Shown here piece by piece: positions 36,131 to 48,819 of a stretch of 64,000 nt of DNA. Source of the DNA: Octopus sinensis (Eukaryota); the NCBI RefSeq assembly GCF_006345805.1, contig NC_043022.1, positions 24,366,001-24,430,000 on the forward strand. The letters run 5' to 3'. The first letter of the stretch is position 1. Every line of letters starts with the position of its first letter. The position numbers were made by a program, and so were the translations under genes. A model generated the notes under the pieces. It was not told the origin of the DNA and ran no database searches. It saw only the letters and a program-made list of their open reading frames with translations.

Positions 36131-37164
36131 AAGGCAGAGTTCTCATCCAAGGGTGAACTGGCTCTCGTCGTTATCTCTAGCAGATTGAGTGTTGAATATG
36201 TCGAGGCTGGTTCTTTGTCATACAAGAGAAAAGATGGGATGTGGATGGAGAGAGAGAGAGGAGAGAGAGATATACACACATTGACAGTGTTTTATTTTAT
36301 CGGTGATAGAAACCTGATTGTGATAGTAACAGTAGAGGTAGTACATCACAACTTTGCTAGAGTATACATGAAATAAGAGTTTTAAGATAAAAGCTGATAA
36401 ACCCTGTAGTTTTTGTTTTTTTCTTTTTTTTTTCCTTTTTGTACAGGAGATAGAGAGAAGGGAGATGAGAAGATAAAAGAAGATCGAGGAAAAGAAGAGA
36501 AACAATTAATATAAATTAACGAACAAATAAATGGAACAATATTTGTGGGCAACGGGGTGGCGTAGGAAATAAAAAAAAATGGAAGTCTGTGTGTAGTGAC
36601 ACTCAAACAGTACTTAATAAAGTCAGAGTTTGGTGGAGTGGAGTGGGGTAGAGAGAGAGAGAGAGAGAGAGAGAGATCTTGCTATGCAACTGGCACTAAG
36701 TGAATAAAAGCAGACAACAAAACAGCGGATTTCTTCTTCTTTGCAGCCAAAGAAGCACCCCACCACGACCACGACCACCACCACCACAGACTACGACACC
36801 ACTATTGCTGCCAGTACCACAGCCACCACCACTACCATGCACACACAGACACACATCTGAAGTGGAAATCTTCAAATAAATATACATTACTGTTGGCAAC
36901 GAGCCAACGGTTGATAGATAATTATCAAATCTACACTTGTGAATGACCTTCAAGAGAAAAGCGAAAAATTCAAACCTATTTCATCAACTAATCCACCTTG
37001 TGAAAAAAAAATTTTAAAAATAAATAAGTAAAAAGAAAAAGATTTCTTTCATGTCCAGCAAAAATAATAATAATAATAATAATAATAATCATAATTCGTT
37101 CGTTTATTGGCCACAAGGGCTAACAAAAATCAATTAAAACATAAAGGGACAAAACACAGGACGC

Positions 37165-37520
37165 AAGTTAGTTAAGTTAAGTTAATTTTTTGGCTCAAAA
37201 AGCAAAAAGCAAGGCCATGTAGGGGGACAGGGAGTTATGTACAGGGAGGGTGTTCATGCAAAGGGTTCAGGCCATTTCTGGTCAAGGGGAGACTTTGAAC
37301 CGAGTGGTCGTCGGCATCTTCACTATCTCGTCCAGCAGCTTATTCCACGGATCCGCAACCTGGACGGAGAAAGCCCCATTCCTTCGATTGAGATGAAATT
37401 GTCCAGATAGAGCTTTTCGGAGTGACCCCGCAGCCGACGCTCTGGAGCAGGAGTGAAGAACAGCTCTTTCGAGAGGTTACACTTTCCGCTTATGATGTTG
37501 TGAGCAAGAATGAGATCACC
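37165..37520 (-). mobile_element. CR1-clade LINE 3' fragment
   Basis: Minus strand encodes GDLILAHNIISGKCNLSKELFFTPAPERRLRGHSEKLYL, frameshift, QFHLNRRNGAFSVQVADPWNKLLDEIVKMP; (TTAAC)n tail. Confidence 0.88.
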
Positions 37521-38407
37521 AAGTTACAAAGGGTTTTGTCCGTTTGAAAAAGTCCGTGTCAAAAGCAGGATGACAACGAAAAATAAGTAACAATTAAAAC
37601 TCCCAATAGGGGGAGGTGCTTCAAAAGATTACTCGTGGAAAAACCCATAAAAGCCACGGGAGCCTGGTCAAAAGCGGGGTAGAGAGCCCCTTTCTCCTTT
37701 TATATTTCCTTTTAATTCTCACAGGTGTATCCTCAGAATTGGTAATAATAATAATAAAACCATAATTTTTTGAAAAAAAAAAATCAACTCTCTTAATTGG
37801 GAAATATTGCAGACTACATAAAAGCTGACAATTTTAGCAAAGGTGCACAGAAAACAGAGAGTTGTCTTCATTCATTTAACGAAAGGTCAATCTAAACTAG
37901 TGTTAATTAAATTTAGTTCGAATTAGATTAAGATTGCAATACCAAATTTGCAAAAGATGAGAGAGCACAAAAAAACAATATGTCATCATGAAGTAGAGAG
38001 TGCAAGAATTATTAGAAGCTCTTTGAAGTTGTTCAAAAATACACAGAAATGTTAAATGAAAGAATAGAAAAAAAAATACCGTTTTCAATAGAGTGAAAAC
38101 TAAAATGTTTCTATCAGAACCTTCTCAGGTGTTTTGGTACCTTTTGAAATAATGACAGTGTAGAATATAGAATTGATCATGTATGCATAGATATACTCGC
38201 ATGCACCATCATCATCATCAATACCAGTGATTACTATGTCTATGCTTAGATGAACTGGACAGGCCCCATATTACACACACACACACACATACATGTTAAA
38301 GGAGGCACCAGAACTTTCACATGTATGTATATGCATGATGGGAACTTCTGCTTACCAGATTCAATCACAAGGCTTCAATCAGCCTGAGGCTATAGCAGAA
38401 GACACTT

Positions 38408-38813
38408 ATTTCTTTATTGCCCACAAGGGGCTAAACATAGAGGGGACAAATGAAGGTATTAAGTCGATTACATCGACCCTAGTGTGTAACTGGTACTTAA
38501 TTTATTGACCCCGAAAGGATGAAAGGCAAAGTCGGCCTCAGCGGAATTTGAACTCAGAACATAACAGCAAACGAAATACCTATTTCTTTACTACCCACAA
38601 GGGGCTAAACACAGAGGGGACAAACAAGGACAGACAAACAGATTAAGTCAATTATATCGACCCCAGTGCGTAACTGGTACTTAATTTATCGACCCCGAAA
38701 GGATGAAAGGCAAAGTCGGCCATGGCAGAATTTGAACTCAGAACGTAATGGCAGACGAAATACCGCTAAGCATTTTGCCCGGTGTGCTAACGTTTCTGCC
38801 AGCTCGCCACCTT
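38408..38813 (-). mobile_element. SINE family A dimer nested in a SINE-B head, 15-bp TSD
   Basis: TAGCAGAAGACACTT (38393-38407) and TAGCAGAAGAGACTT (38814-38828) flank the dimer. Confidence 0.9.
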
Positions 38814-39621
38814 TAGCAGAAGAGACTTGCCCAAGGTGTCACATAGTGGGACTGAACCCAAAATGATGTGGTTGAGAAGCAAGCTTCCTAACCACACAGC
38901 CATATCTGTGCCTACAAACACACATGTAAGTACCTAGTATCCCCCAAAAAGAAGTTGGCATTAAGAAGAGCATCCATCAATAGAATCTATGCCAAAGCAA
39001 CCATTGCAGCTCAATGCAGTTATGTGACTTGCTGGATCCTGTCAAACCATTAACTCATGCCAGTATGGAAAGCAGATGCTAAATATAGACGAATATGATC
39101 TCACACACACATACATACATACATACATACATACATACATAGAGTTATCGTAGTTGAAAACTGAAATCCTCAAAGAATTCCCCCAAATTTAATTGCCCAA
39201 ATTTGAAAACAGAGAGGGAGTCCATGACAAAATCAGGCAAGAATACCATTAAAAAAAAACATGATAGTCTCAATGAACATAAAAGTTACAATATGTCAAG
39301 GACTTAGAATGGTGCCTCAGATAATTTAGAAATAATTATACTATTTAACAACCTCCTGCAAAGAGCAATAGTTCTCTTCAGTAAAGAATTGTAATCAAAT
39401 CTAATCACAATCTCCTCTGTCAATACAGACCAAACATAAATTGCTGCTGGCATTGGCACTATTGAGATTTCTTTGTATTGGTGACAAAGATTCAGAGAAA
39501 ACTGATGTAAACCAGCAGATTAAGTTTGCCTGATCTTACACAAAAAGTCAGTCAACTACAAATGTAGAAGGAGGGGCAATACCCCAAAGGAGCATTCTGC
39601 AAGCTTAAATGCAAATATGTT

Positions 39622-39868
39622 AGAAGCTCTATCTGCGATGATTTCATCTCAATCAAAGGAGAGGGGCTTTCTCCGTCCGATTTGCAGATCCGTGGAATAA
39701 GCTGCTGGACGAGATAGTGAAGATGCCGACGACCGCTCAGTTCAAAGACTCTCTTGACCAGAAATGGCCTGAACTCTTTGCATGAACACCCTCCCTGTAC
39801 ATAACTCCATGTCCCCCTACATGGCCTTGCTTTTTTCTTTTTGAGCCAAAAAGTTAACTTAACTTAAA
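39622..39868 (+). mobile_element. CR1-clade LINE 3' fragment (same family as 37165-37520)
   Basis: GATCCGTGGAATAAGCTGCTGGACGAGATAGTGAAGATGCCGACGACC through (TTAAC)n tail. Confidence 0.88.
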
Positions 39869-39893
39869 TAAATAATTTAGACTGTTGAAAATC

Positions 39894-40973
39894 TTTAATC
39901 AAACACCCCTACAAAAAGTTTATATATACCAAGTGTTTGAACTGAATCAGACTGGGTTGGAATGTCCCCCATTCAGTCCACTGCAGGATGGAGTATGCAG
40001 CATCAGAGAATGGCTCCCCCAGAGAATGGCTTGAGATCATACTGGTTTGATGAGCCTACTCTGCCACACTGGCTCAACATGGTTTGGTAGAGGAGTGCAG
40101 TTTTTATATTCATACCCAAGAGTAGTTAAGTCGATTGTACCAACCCCAGTGCTTGACTGTTACTTTAATCAAACACCCCTACAAAAAGTTTATATATACC
40201 AAGTGTTTGAACTGAATCAGACTGGGTTGGAATGTCCCCCATTCAGTCCACTGCAGGATGGAGTATGCAGCATCAGAGAATGGCTCCCCCAGAGAATGGC
40301 TTGAGATCATACTGGTTTGATGAGCCTACTCTGCCACACTGGCTCAACATGGTTTGGTAGAGGAGTGCAGTTTTTATATTCATACCAAGAGTAGTTAAGT
40401 CGATTGTACCAACCCCAGTGCTTGACTGTTACTTTAATCAAACACCCCTACAAAAAGTTTATATATACCAAGTGTTTGAACTGAATCAGACTGGGTTGGA
40501 ATGTCCCCCATTCAGTCCACTGCAGGATGGAGTATGCAGCATCAGAGAATGGCTCCCCCAGAGAATGGCTTGAGATCATACTGGTTTGATGAGCCTACTC
40601 TGCCACACTGGCTCAACATGGTTTGGTAGAGGAGTGCAGTTTTTATATTCATACCCAAGAGTAGTTAAGTCGATTGTACCAACCCCAGTGCTTGACTGTT
40701 ACTTTAATCAAACACCCCTACAAAAAGTTTATATATACCAAGTGTTTGAACTGAATCAGACTGGGTTGGAATGTCCCCCATTCAGTCCACTGCAGGATGG
40801 AGTATGCAGCATCAGAGAATGGCTCCCCCAGAGAATGGCTTGAGATCATACTGGTTTGATGAGCCTACTCTGCCACACTGGCTCAACATGGTTTGGTAGA
40901 GGAGTGCAGTTTTTATATTCATACCCAAGAGTAGTTAAGTCGATTGTACCAACCCCAGTGCTTGACTGTTACT
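39894..40973. repeat. Tandem array, 270-bp unit x4, near-identical
   Basis: TTTAATC anchors end at 39900, 40170, 40439 and 40709 (one single-base deletion). Confidence 0.97.
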
Positions 40974-41290
40974 TGTTTTATCCATCCCAAAAGGATGAAA
41001 GGCAAAGTCAACCCCAGCAGAACTTGAAATCAGAACATAAAGATGGATGGATGAAATACTGCCAAACATTTTGCCTAGTATGCTAACAATTTTGCTGACT
41101 TACTGTTTGAATTGCTGGATCCTGTTGAACCAGCTAACTCATGCCAGTATGGAAAAAGGATGCGAAATAAGGACAAGAATGATGACACATGTACCCCCAC
41201 CACACACACATAGCTTTTTGCCCAGTGTGTTAACAATTAAGCCAACAAGCTGTTTGAGTCAACTTTGCCTCAATAAAAATATATAATTTA

Positions 41291-42020
41291 GGCCGGCAAA
41301 CTTTGCACTCTGGGTCGGCAGACTTTGCACTCGGAGCTGGCAGACTTTGCACTCGGAGCTGGCAGACTTTGCACTCGGGGCCGGCAGACTTTGCACTCGG
41401 GGCCGGCAGACTTTGCACTCGGGGCCAGCAGATTTTACACTCAGAGCCGGCAGATTTTACACTCAGAGCCGGCAGATTTTACACTCAGAGCCGGCAGACT
41501 TTGCACTCAAAGCCAGCAGACATTGCGCTCAGGGCTGGTTGACATTGTGCTCAGGGTCAGCAGACATTGCACTTGGGGTCGGCAGATTTTGCACTCGGGT
41601 CCGGCAGATTTTGCACTCGGGTCCGGCAGACTTTGCACTCAGAGCCGGCAGACTTTGCACTCAGAGCTGGCAGACTTTGCACTCGGGGCCGGCAGACTTT
41701 GCACTCGGGGCCGGCATACTTTGCACTTGGGGGCCAGCAGACTTTGCACTCAAAGTCGGCAGACTTTGTGTTCAGGGTCGGCAGACTTTGTGTTCAGGGC
41801 CGGCAGACTTTGTGCTCATGGTCAGCAGATTTTATGCTCAGGCCCAGCAGACTTTGCACTCAAGGCAGGCAGACATTGCGCTCAGGGCCAACAGAGTTGT
41901 GTTAAGGGCCATCAGACTTTGTGCTAAGGACTGTCAGACTTTGTGCTCAGGGCCATCAGACTTTGTGCTAGCAGACTTTACACTCAAGGTCAGCAGACTA
42001 CACTCAAAACAAACAGACTT
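41291..42020. repeat. 22-bp GC-rich minisatellite (GGCCGGCAGACTTTGCACTCGG), ~30 copies, degenerating rightwards
   Basis: Direct reading; explains the long ORFs in all three plus frames. Confidence 0.95.
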
Positions 42021-42171
42021 TCAACAAAAAGAACCCACTGACTTTATCCTCACAGCCATCACTTACAATTATGTGTCCTGCTAATTGAATAAACAAGTCA
42101 TGCACAAAGTTCAACCAATATTGTCATAGTAGAAGTCTGACCAAGGGATAAACAGCAACAAACAACAAAGG

Positions 42172-42376
42172 GGCAGAAACGTTAGCATGACAGGCGAAAT
42201 GCTTAGCGGTATTTCATTTGCCGTTACATTCTGAGTTCAAACTCTGCTGAGGTCGACTTTGCCTTTCATCCGTTCGGGGTCGATAAATTAAGTACCAGTT
42301 ACGCACTGGGGTTGATGTAATCGACTTAATCCCTTTGTTCCCTCTGTGTGTAGCCCCTTGTGGGCAGTAAAGAAAT
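42172..42376 (+). mobile_element. SINE family A monomer
   Basis: Family A head through GTAAAGAAATA. Confidence 0.88.
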
Positions 42377-42924
42377 AAGAAAATGGTTTTTACACTCTTT
42401 GTATATAGCCATGGACCGGTAATTCAGTCGCTTTCAGTTCAGTTCAGGTATGCAATGTTGATGAGCCACAAAAATGGCAAAACATCCATGTCCATCACTC
42501 CTGAATCGGATTTGGAGTGAGTTTTAACACCTTTGATCGAGTCATCCCCATCACACACAACTGCAGCCCGCTGGTGAGCAAGCAAGGCACATACACACCA
42601 TGGGTTGCCCATAAACCATCGCATTGCATACATATATTCTTAACGGTGCTTATTCTGTACCGAAAAAGATGACTTAACCATTAGTTAAACAGAACTCAAT
42701 CAAACAAGTAATATCAGATGAAAAGTGCAGGGAGTCGGGGTTCAAAATAAATGACAAGAGAGAAACCAAAGGTCATGTCCCAGCATGGGCACAGTTGTAA
42801 ACCAGCCAAAAAAAAAACAGAAGGAAAAATATCCCCATTATATTATGATTAGAACATTGTTAGGATGGTGAAACTGGATTGTGAGATCAAATAAATATAA
42901 GATGTGCAGCAGTTAACATACTTC

Positions 42925-43175
42925 TATAATATACATCAAAACATACATACACAAAATACACATACATGTATATATGTACATATACATACATATATACATA
43001 CATATACATACATATGTACATACATATACATACATATATACATACATGTATATATGTACACATACATACATACATACATACATATATGTACACATACATA
43101 CATACATACATATATATATGTACACATACATACATATATACATACATATACATACATACATACATACAAACATAA

Positions 43176-43207
<32 letters not shown>

Positions 43208-43236
43208 GTGTACATGTATATATGTATGTATGTATG

Positions 43237-43267
<31 letters not shown>

Positions 43268-43280
43268 GTATGTATGTATG

Positions 43281-43311
<31 letters not shown>

Positions 43312-43426
43312 GTTTGTATGTATGTATGTATATGTACATATATACATGTATGTATATATGTATGTTTGTATGTATGTATGTATATGTACATATATACATG
43401 TATGTATATATGTATGTATATGTATG

Positions 43427-43469
<43 letters not shown>

Positions 43470-43560
43470 CCCTACACATACATATGTACATACATACACA
43501 CATTGTGTATATATATATATATATATGAATATATGTACATACATTATATCACACACATAC
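42925..43560. repeat. Compound (TACA)n/(TA)n/(TATG)n microsatellite, strand switch near 43190
   Basis: Direct reading. Confidence 0.95.
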
Positions 43561-44148
43561 ATACAGTTCTATAATTTCATGCAAGGTTTCATGATGAAGT
43601 CAGACTTACCCTACAATAAACACACCACCACCACCACCACCACCACCATACCACCACCACCACCGCCGCTCTCTTGTCGATTGTTATAATAGCTGTGATT
43701 GAAATATGTTATAGGAATAGTGTACATGTTATTTTACAAGCATGTGCAATTTGCACCAGTTGCTTTAGTAAAGCTATATTACACGGAAAGATAATAAATG
43801 TATTTTCGAGAGAAATATGATATTCCCAACCCATTAGCCTGAAACCCGAGAGGAAAAGTAGAAGCATGGCCAGGTTTCTTTTTGTTTTCTTTATCTATTT
43901 CTTCTTCTTCTCCTTCGTCTTCTTCTTCTTCTTCTTCATTGCCTTGTTAAATCACCAGTTTAATACTCCACCTCTTCACTCTAGTCATTCAACAAATTCC
44001 AAAGAAATCTATGAACATTGTGTGTGTGTGTGTGAACATCTTAAATGCATTATGGATGTACTATACACACACACGTTACACATACACAAGCACACATATA
44101 GATTTGTTATATATCACACTCACATATATCACATGAATATAAAATACA

Positions 44149-44149
<1 letters not shown>

Positions 44150-44194
<45 letters not shown>

Positions 44195-44238
44195 TATATA
44201 TACACACACACAATATATATACATATATACACACACAC

Positions 44239-44319
<81 letters not shown>

Positions 44320-44320
44320 T

Positions 44321-44380
<60 letters not shown>

Positions 44381-44386
44381 ATATAC

Positions 44387-44433
<47 letters not shown>

Positions 44434-44465
44434 ATATATATTATATATATATATATAAATATATA
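44150..44465. repeat. (TA)n/(CA)n compound microsatellite
   Basis: Direct reading. Confidence 0.95.
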
Positions 44466-44731
44466 TAAATATTGGTCACTAATTTTGGCACAAGGCCAGC
44501 AAGTTCGGAGGAAAATTAAGTTGATTACCTCAACCCCAGTGTTCAACTGGTGCTTATTTTATCAACCCTCAAAAGGATGAAAGGCAAAGTCGACCTCAGT
44601 GGAGTTTGAACACAGAACACAAAGACAGGAAGTACCACAAAGCATTTTGCCTGCAGTACTAATGATTCCGCCAGCTTGCCACCTTACACACACACACTAA
44701 CACAGATATATATGTATATTACATATACATA

Positions 44732-44887
44732 TAGGCTGTGTGGTAAGTAGTTTGTCTACCAACCACATGGTTCCGGGTTCAGTCCCACTGCGTGGCACCT
44801 TGGGCAAGTGTCTTCTACTATAGCCTCGGGCCAACCAAAGCCTTGTGAGTGGATTTGGTTGACAGAAACTGAAAGAAGCCCGTCGTA

Positions 44888-44920
<33 letters not shown>

Positions 44921-45106
44921 GCGTGTGTGTGTTTGTGTGTCTGTGTTTGTCCCCTAGCATTGCTTGATAACTGATGCTGGTGTGTTTATGTCCCCATTAC
45001 TTAGTGGTTCGGCAAAAGAGACCGATAGAATAAGTACTGGGCTTATAAAAGAATAAGTCCCAGGGTCGAGTTGCTCGATGACTGAAATAAGTAAAAGAGT
45101 AAAAGA
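44732..45106 (+). mobile_element. SINE family B with internal deletion
   Basis: Family B sequence; preceded by a minus-strand family A variant at ~44466-44685. Confidence 0.88.
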
Positions 45107-45771
45107 ATATATTACATACACACACATGCACATTTGTTATATATTACATACACACACAAATATACATAAATGGCACACATACACACACACAGATATTTAT
45201 ATGTACGTGACAAACATCAGTTAACTGAAATTGGTGAGTGTCACTTGCTTGAGAGAGAAAACTAGTTTGCCAATCACTATACAAAGAGATGTTGTAATCC
45301 TATGAAGAGACAACTGAAAAGTTGAAACATCTTTGAATACTCCTTTTATATCTCTCTCTCGAATACCCCCGTGTCGATCATCTATTTTGCTAGAAATAAC
45401 CAGTGAACAGGAAGCCAACTGAATACTATTCCAGAACAAATACTGTCAGCCAATTCTATTTCTGTCACTCTGTTTATACTTTAACTTCTCATCACCTGGT
45501 ACAAAGTCATCTCCTTCCATACTACTCCCCGACTCAGCTAAGGTGGGTCTTGTCTTGCAAGTTATTTGGCGACCTCACTGCTGCTGGTGCCACATAAAAG
45601 AACAAAAATCCATCCTGTAAACCCTGTAAAGTGATTGGTATTAGGAAGGGCATTCAGCCATAGAAACCATGCCAAAGCAGACAGTAGGGCTTGATGCAAG
45701 TCTTCTGACTTGCCAGCTCCTGTCAAACCATCCAACCCATGCCAGCATCGAAGGAGGATGTTAGATGATGA

Positions 45772-46098
45772 TGCATTTCAATCCGTTTTAGGGTTAAGGG
45801 TGGGGGAGAAGGGGATCTTTTTTTCTTCAGAAATGTAAATAAACCCAATCTGTTTCTTAAACGAGGGACATATTCATACGGCACAGAATGTTTTCACCTC
45901 AATAGACGTCATTGATTGGTTGAAATTGCAGAAATTGAAGAATAAAAACAACAAATATCTTACAAACTATAGAATTTTCTCAATAAAGCCAAGAGAAAAA
46001 GATGTTTTATAAACACATTCTACCAGTATACGAAGTTTAAAATTTTTTAGTTACACGGAAATCATTTTAAAAAACTGCCGTGCAAACTGAAAAAATCC
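45772..46098. mobile_element. GGATC-TIR MITE, left-truncated copy
   Basis: Highly similar to 4919-5253; abuts the (GAT)n tail of a family C copy at ~45585-45771. Confidence 0.85.
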
Positions 46099-46435
46099 CA
46101 AACTTATTTTAACATATTGATTTTGGACATAAACCAGCATGGCCACAGTCAGTTTGTTTGGAACCTGAAGTACATACCTGCTGAAACCACACAACAACAA
46201 CTACATTACGTTATTACGATAACAGTATTACAATAAACTGCATGACACTTGTATGCTATATATAACTGTATAAATAAGTAAATAAAATACAAGCTAGACA
46301 ACAACATGTCAACACTGTCGGGCTATGTTCACACATCTATCTCTGTTCCAAAGATTACAGTAAGAACAGTTGAAACAAAGAGACATAGGAATAAATAAAT
46401 TCAGATAACAACAACAAGAGTAGTTAAAGAGACAA

Positions 46436-46930
<495 letters not shown>

Positions 46931-47730
46931 AACATAAAGCAAAGTGGCACTATTGAAATTGTCACATGGTTCTTTAAGCAGATGTTTCATAGCTGAATAG
47001 TGCTGCCTCCTGATGTAACACTCCACCACCATTAAGTGGACAGTTGAGTGGACTAATGATGCTGCTGCCACTGCCTCCGCAGCCACCACTGTTGATGATG
47101 AAGATGCTACTTTGCTGAACTGAAAAGCTTTGCCACCATCCTTCCCCCACCACGCCCCCCACTTCAGCATTGCACAGGAGTTTGGGGAATAAAACCACTG
47201 ACAATCCCCCCCCGCCTCCAACAATCGATTTATTTATCTTTTCACTGCAGCCTTTTCACAATCGTTGCACATGTCACCAGGCATCAAATCCATTTCAGAA
47301 AAATATTAAAAGAGAAGAAGTGTCAAGACTACGCGAATACATTCTTGAATGACATCAAAACCATTGTAGAATATGTACACTGAATGAAAGTGCAACATCC
47401 ACTTGGTTCGGCGGGGTCATCAAACTATGTATGAAATTTTCACAGTCTCAGTAAACCTTTACTTAGGCCATCTCCTTGTAATATATGTCAAAGGCCAGCC
47501 AGCTTCACATAATTCATCTTAAAGAAAAATGGCCTCACTTGTTAGTTGTTGTTGCAGTTTCCCTCCAACTTGGATAGACTTATGATCAAAGACAACCCTA
47601 AATTACATTATTATTATTGCGAGATTTTCTTCTTTCAATTTCGCTTCCATTTCTTGCCAAGTGTCTCCCCAACTCCCAGGGCATTATTATCATCATGACT
47701 ATCATTATTATTATCATTATTAAGACAGTA

Positions 47731-48068
47731 TGAAGGCGCATGGCTCAGTGGTTAGAGCGTCGAGCTTACGATTGTGAGGTTGTGAGCTCAAATCCCAGAC
47801 CGGGCTGCGTGTGGTGTTCTTGAGCTAGACACTTTATTTCATGTTGCTCCAGTTAACTCAGCTGTAGAAATGAGTTGCAACGTCATGGGTGCCAAGCTGT
47901 ATCGGCCCCATTGCCTTTCCCTTGGATAACACTGGTGGCATGGAGAGGGGAGGCTGGTATGCATGGGCAACTGCTGGTTTTCCATAAACAACCTTGCCCA
48001 GATTGAGACTAGGAGGGTAACTTTCTAGGTGCAATCCCATGGTCAGTGTCGTGACCGAAGGGGGTCCC
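47731..48068 (+). mobile_element. tRNA(Arg)-headed CORE-like SINE family G
   Basis: GGCGCATGGCTCAGTGGTTAGAGCGTCGAGCTTACG head; GTGTTCTTGAGC.AGACACTTTATTTC...CAGCTGTAGAAATGAG central domain. Confidence 0.88.
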
Positions 48069-48361
48069 AGGCATTAAGGCGGTGAGCTGACAGAATCGTT
48101 AGCATGCTGGATGAAATACTTAGCAGACATTTCGTTCATCTTTATGTTCTGAGTTCAAATTCTGCCGAGGTCAACTTTGCCTTTCATCTTCTTGGGGTTG
48201 ATAAAATAAGTACCAGTTGAGCACTCAATACAAGTGACTTACCCACCACCACTCATAAAATTTCAGGCCTTGTGCCAGAATCCAAAATTATCATCATTAT
48301 TATTATTGCTGCTGCTGCTACTACTACTATTTAAAATCCTTTAAGCAAGTGTTTCTCAATT

Positions 48362-48590
48362 TAGACCTTTTCATACCAATACACTCAATACCACTCCTGG
48401 CTGTTTGGTACAAACTTCCTGTTTTAAAGTGATCTGAATTACAAGCTTCCATCAAAGTTTCACGTTAATTTATGTTCCAAACATCCGTTTAATAATGACC
48501 AAGTAATTTTATTAAATTCTTCACCATTTTCAAAATAAATTGAAGCAAAGACATTGTGTTTCAACAGAAAAATGAAAACAAGAATTAAAA
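48362..48590. mobile_element. Degenerate piggyBac-like MITE (second family; pieces also at 35395-35490 and 56610-56710)
   Basis: Shared GTTTTAAAGTGATCT...CTTCCATCAAA...TTCAACAGAAA; TTAACCCTTT end visible in the 56610 copy. Confidence 0.5.
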
Positions 48591-48819
48591 TCTTTTTTGG
48601 CCACAGTCCCCCTTTCTTTCATTTTAGAATATCAAGCTATCTATCTGAAAATATTTTAAATTAAAACACTCTATGAAGAAGAGCCTTGTTTAAATTAAGT
48701 TTCCCCGACACCAGGTTATTAATTAATTCTTTTATTAAACCCATCTGAATTACTTGCACACACCCACCTACTGAAGCACAAGCACCATGTTTTTCATTTA
48801 GTTATATGAACATAAGAGA

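Noticed and set aside
37725-37741. 17-nt micro-exon after a strong pyrimidine tract
   Set aside because: The tract is probably the antisense of a purine-rich stretch of the adjacent minus-strand LINE-like fragment; the donor is weak and there is no other support.
40045-40085. TTGATGAGCC...GGCTCAAC in the 270-bp unit as a hammerhead
   Set aside because: Lacks C3 and the GAAA half of the core; only a short stem.
39894-40973. CRISPR-like or repeated-gene interpretation of the 270-bp, 145-bp and 22-bp arrays
   Set aside because: Units are wholly repeated with no unique spacers, there are no cas genes, and the context is eukaryotic.
41303-42084. 200-245 aa repetitive ORFs (ADFALGAGRLCTR)
   Set aside because: A 22-bp unit cycles through all frames without stops; no unique coding flanks or splice support.
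42887-43689. Long YI/HT/CV/MY-rich ORFs here and at 30995-31681, 43866-44546, 46586-47224, 54735-55582
   Set aside because: They are translations of (TA)n, (CA)n, (TACA)n and (GA)n microsatellites, which lack stops in some frames.
43610-43692. Minus-strand block with good acceptor and GTAAGT donor
   Set aside because: The only open frame is poly-Val/poly-Trp from a (GGT)n repeat; implausible as coding.
47731-47810. tRNA genes at SINE heads (Arg-like in families D and G, others in A and B)
   Set aside because: The acceptor stem is not closed and the sequence continues into SINE bodies; these are tRNA-derived promoters, not tRNAs.
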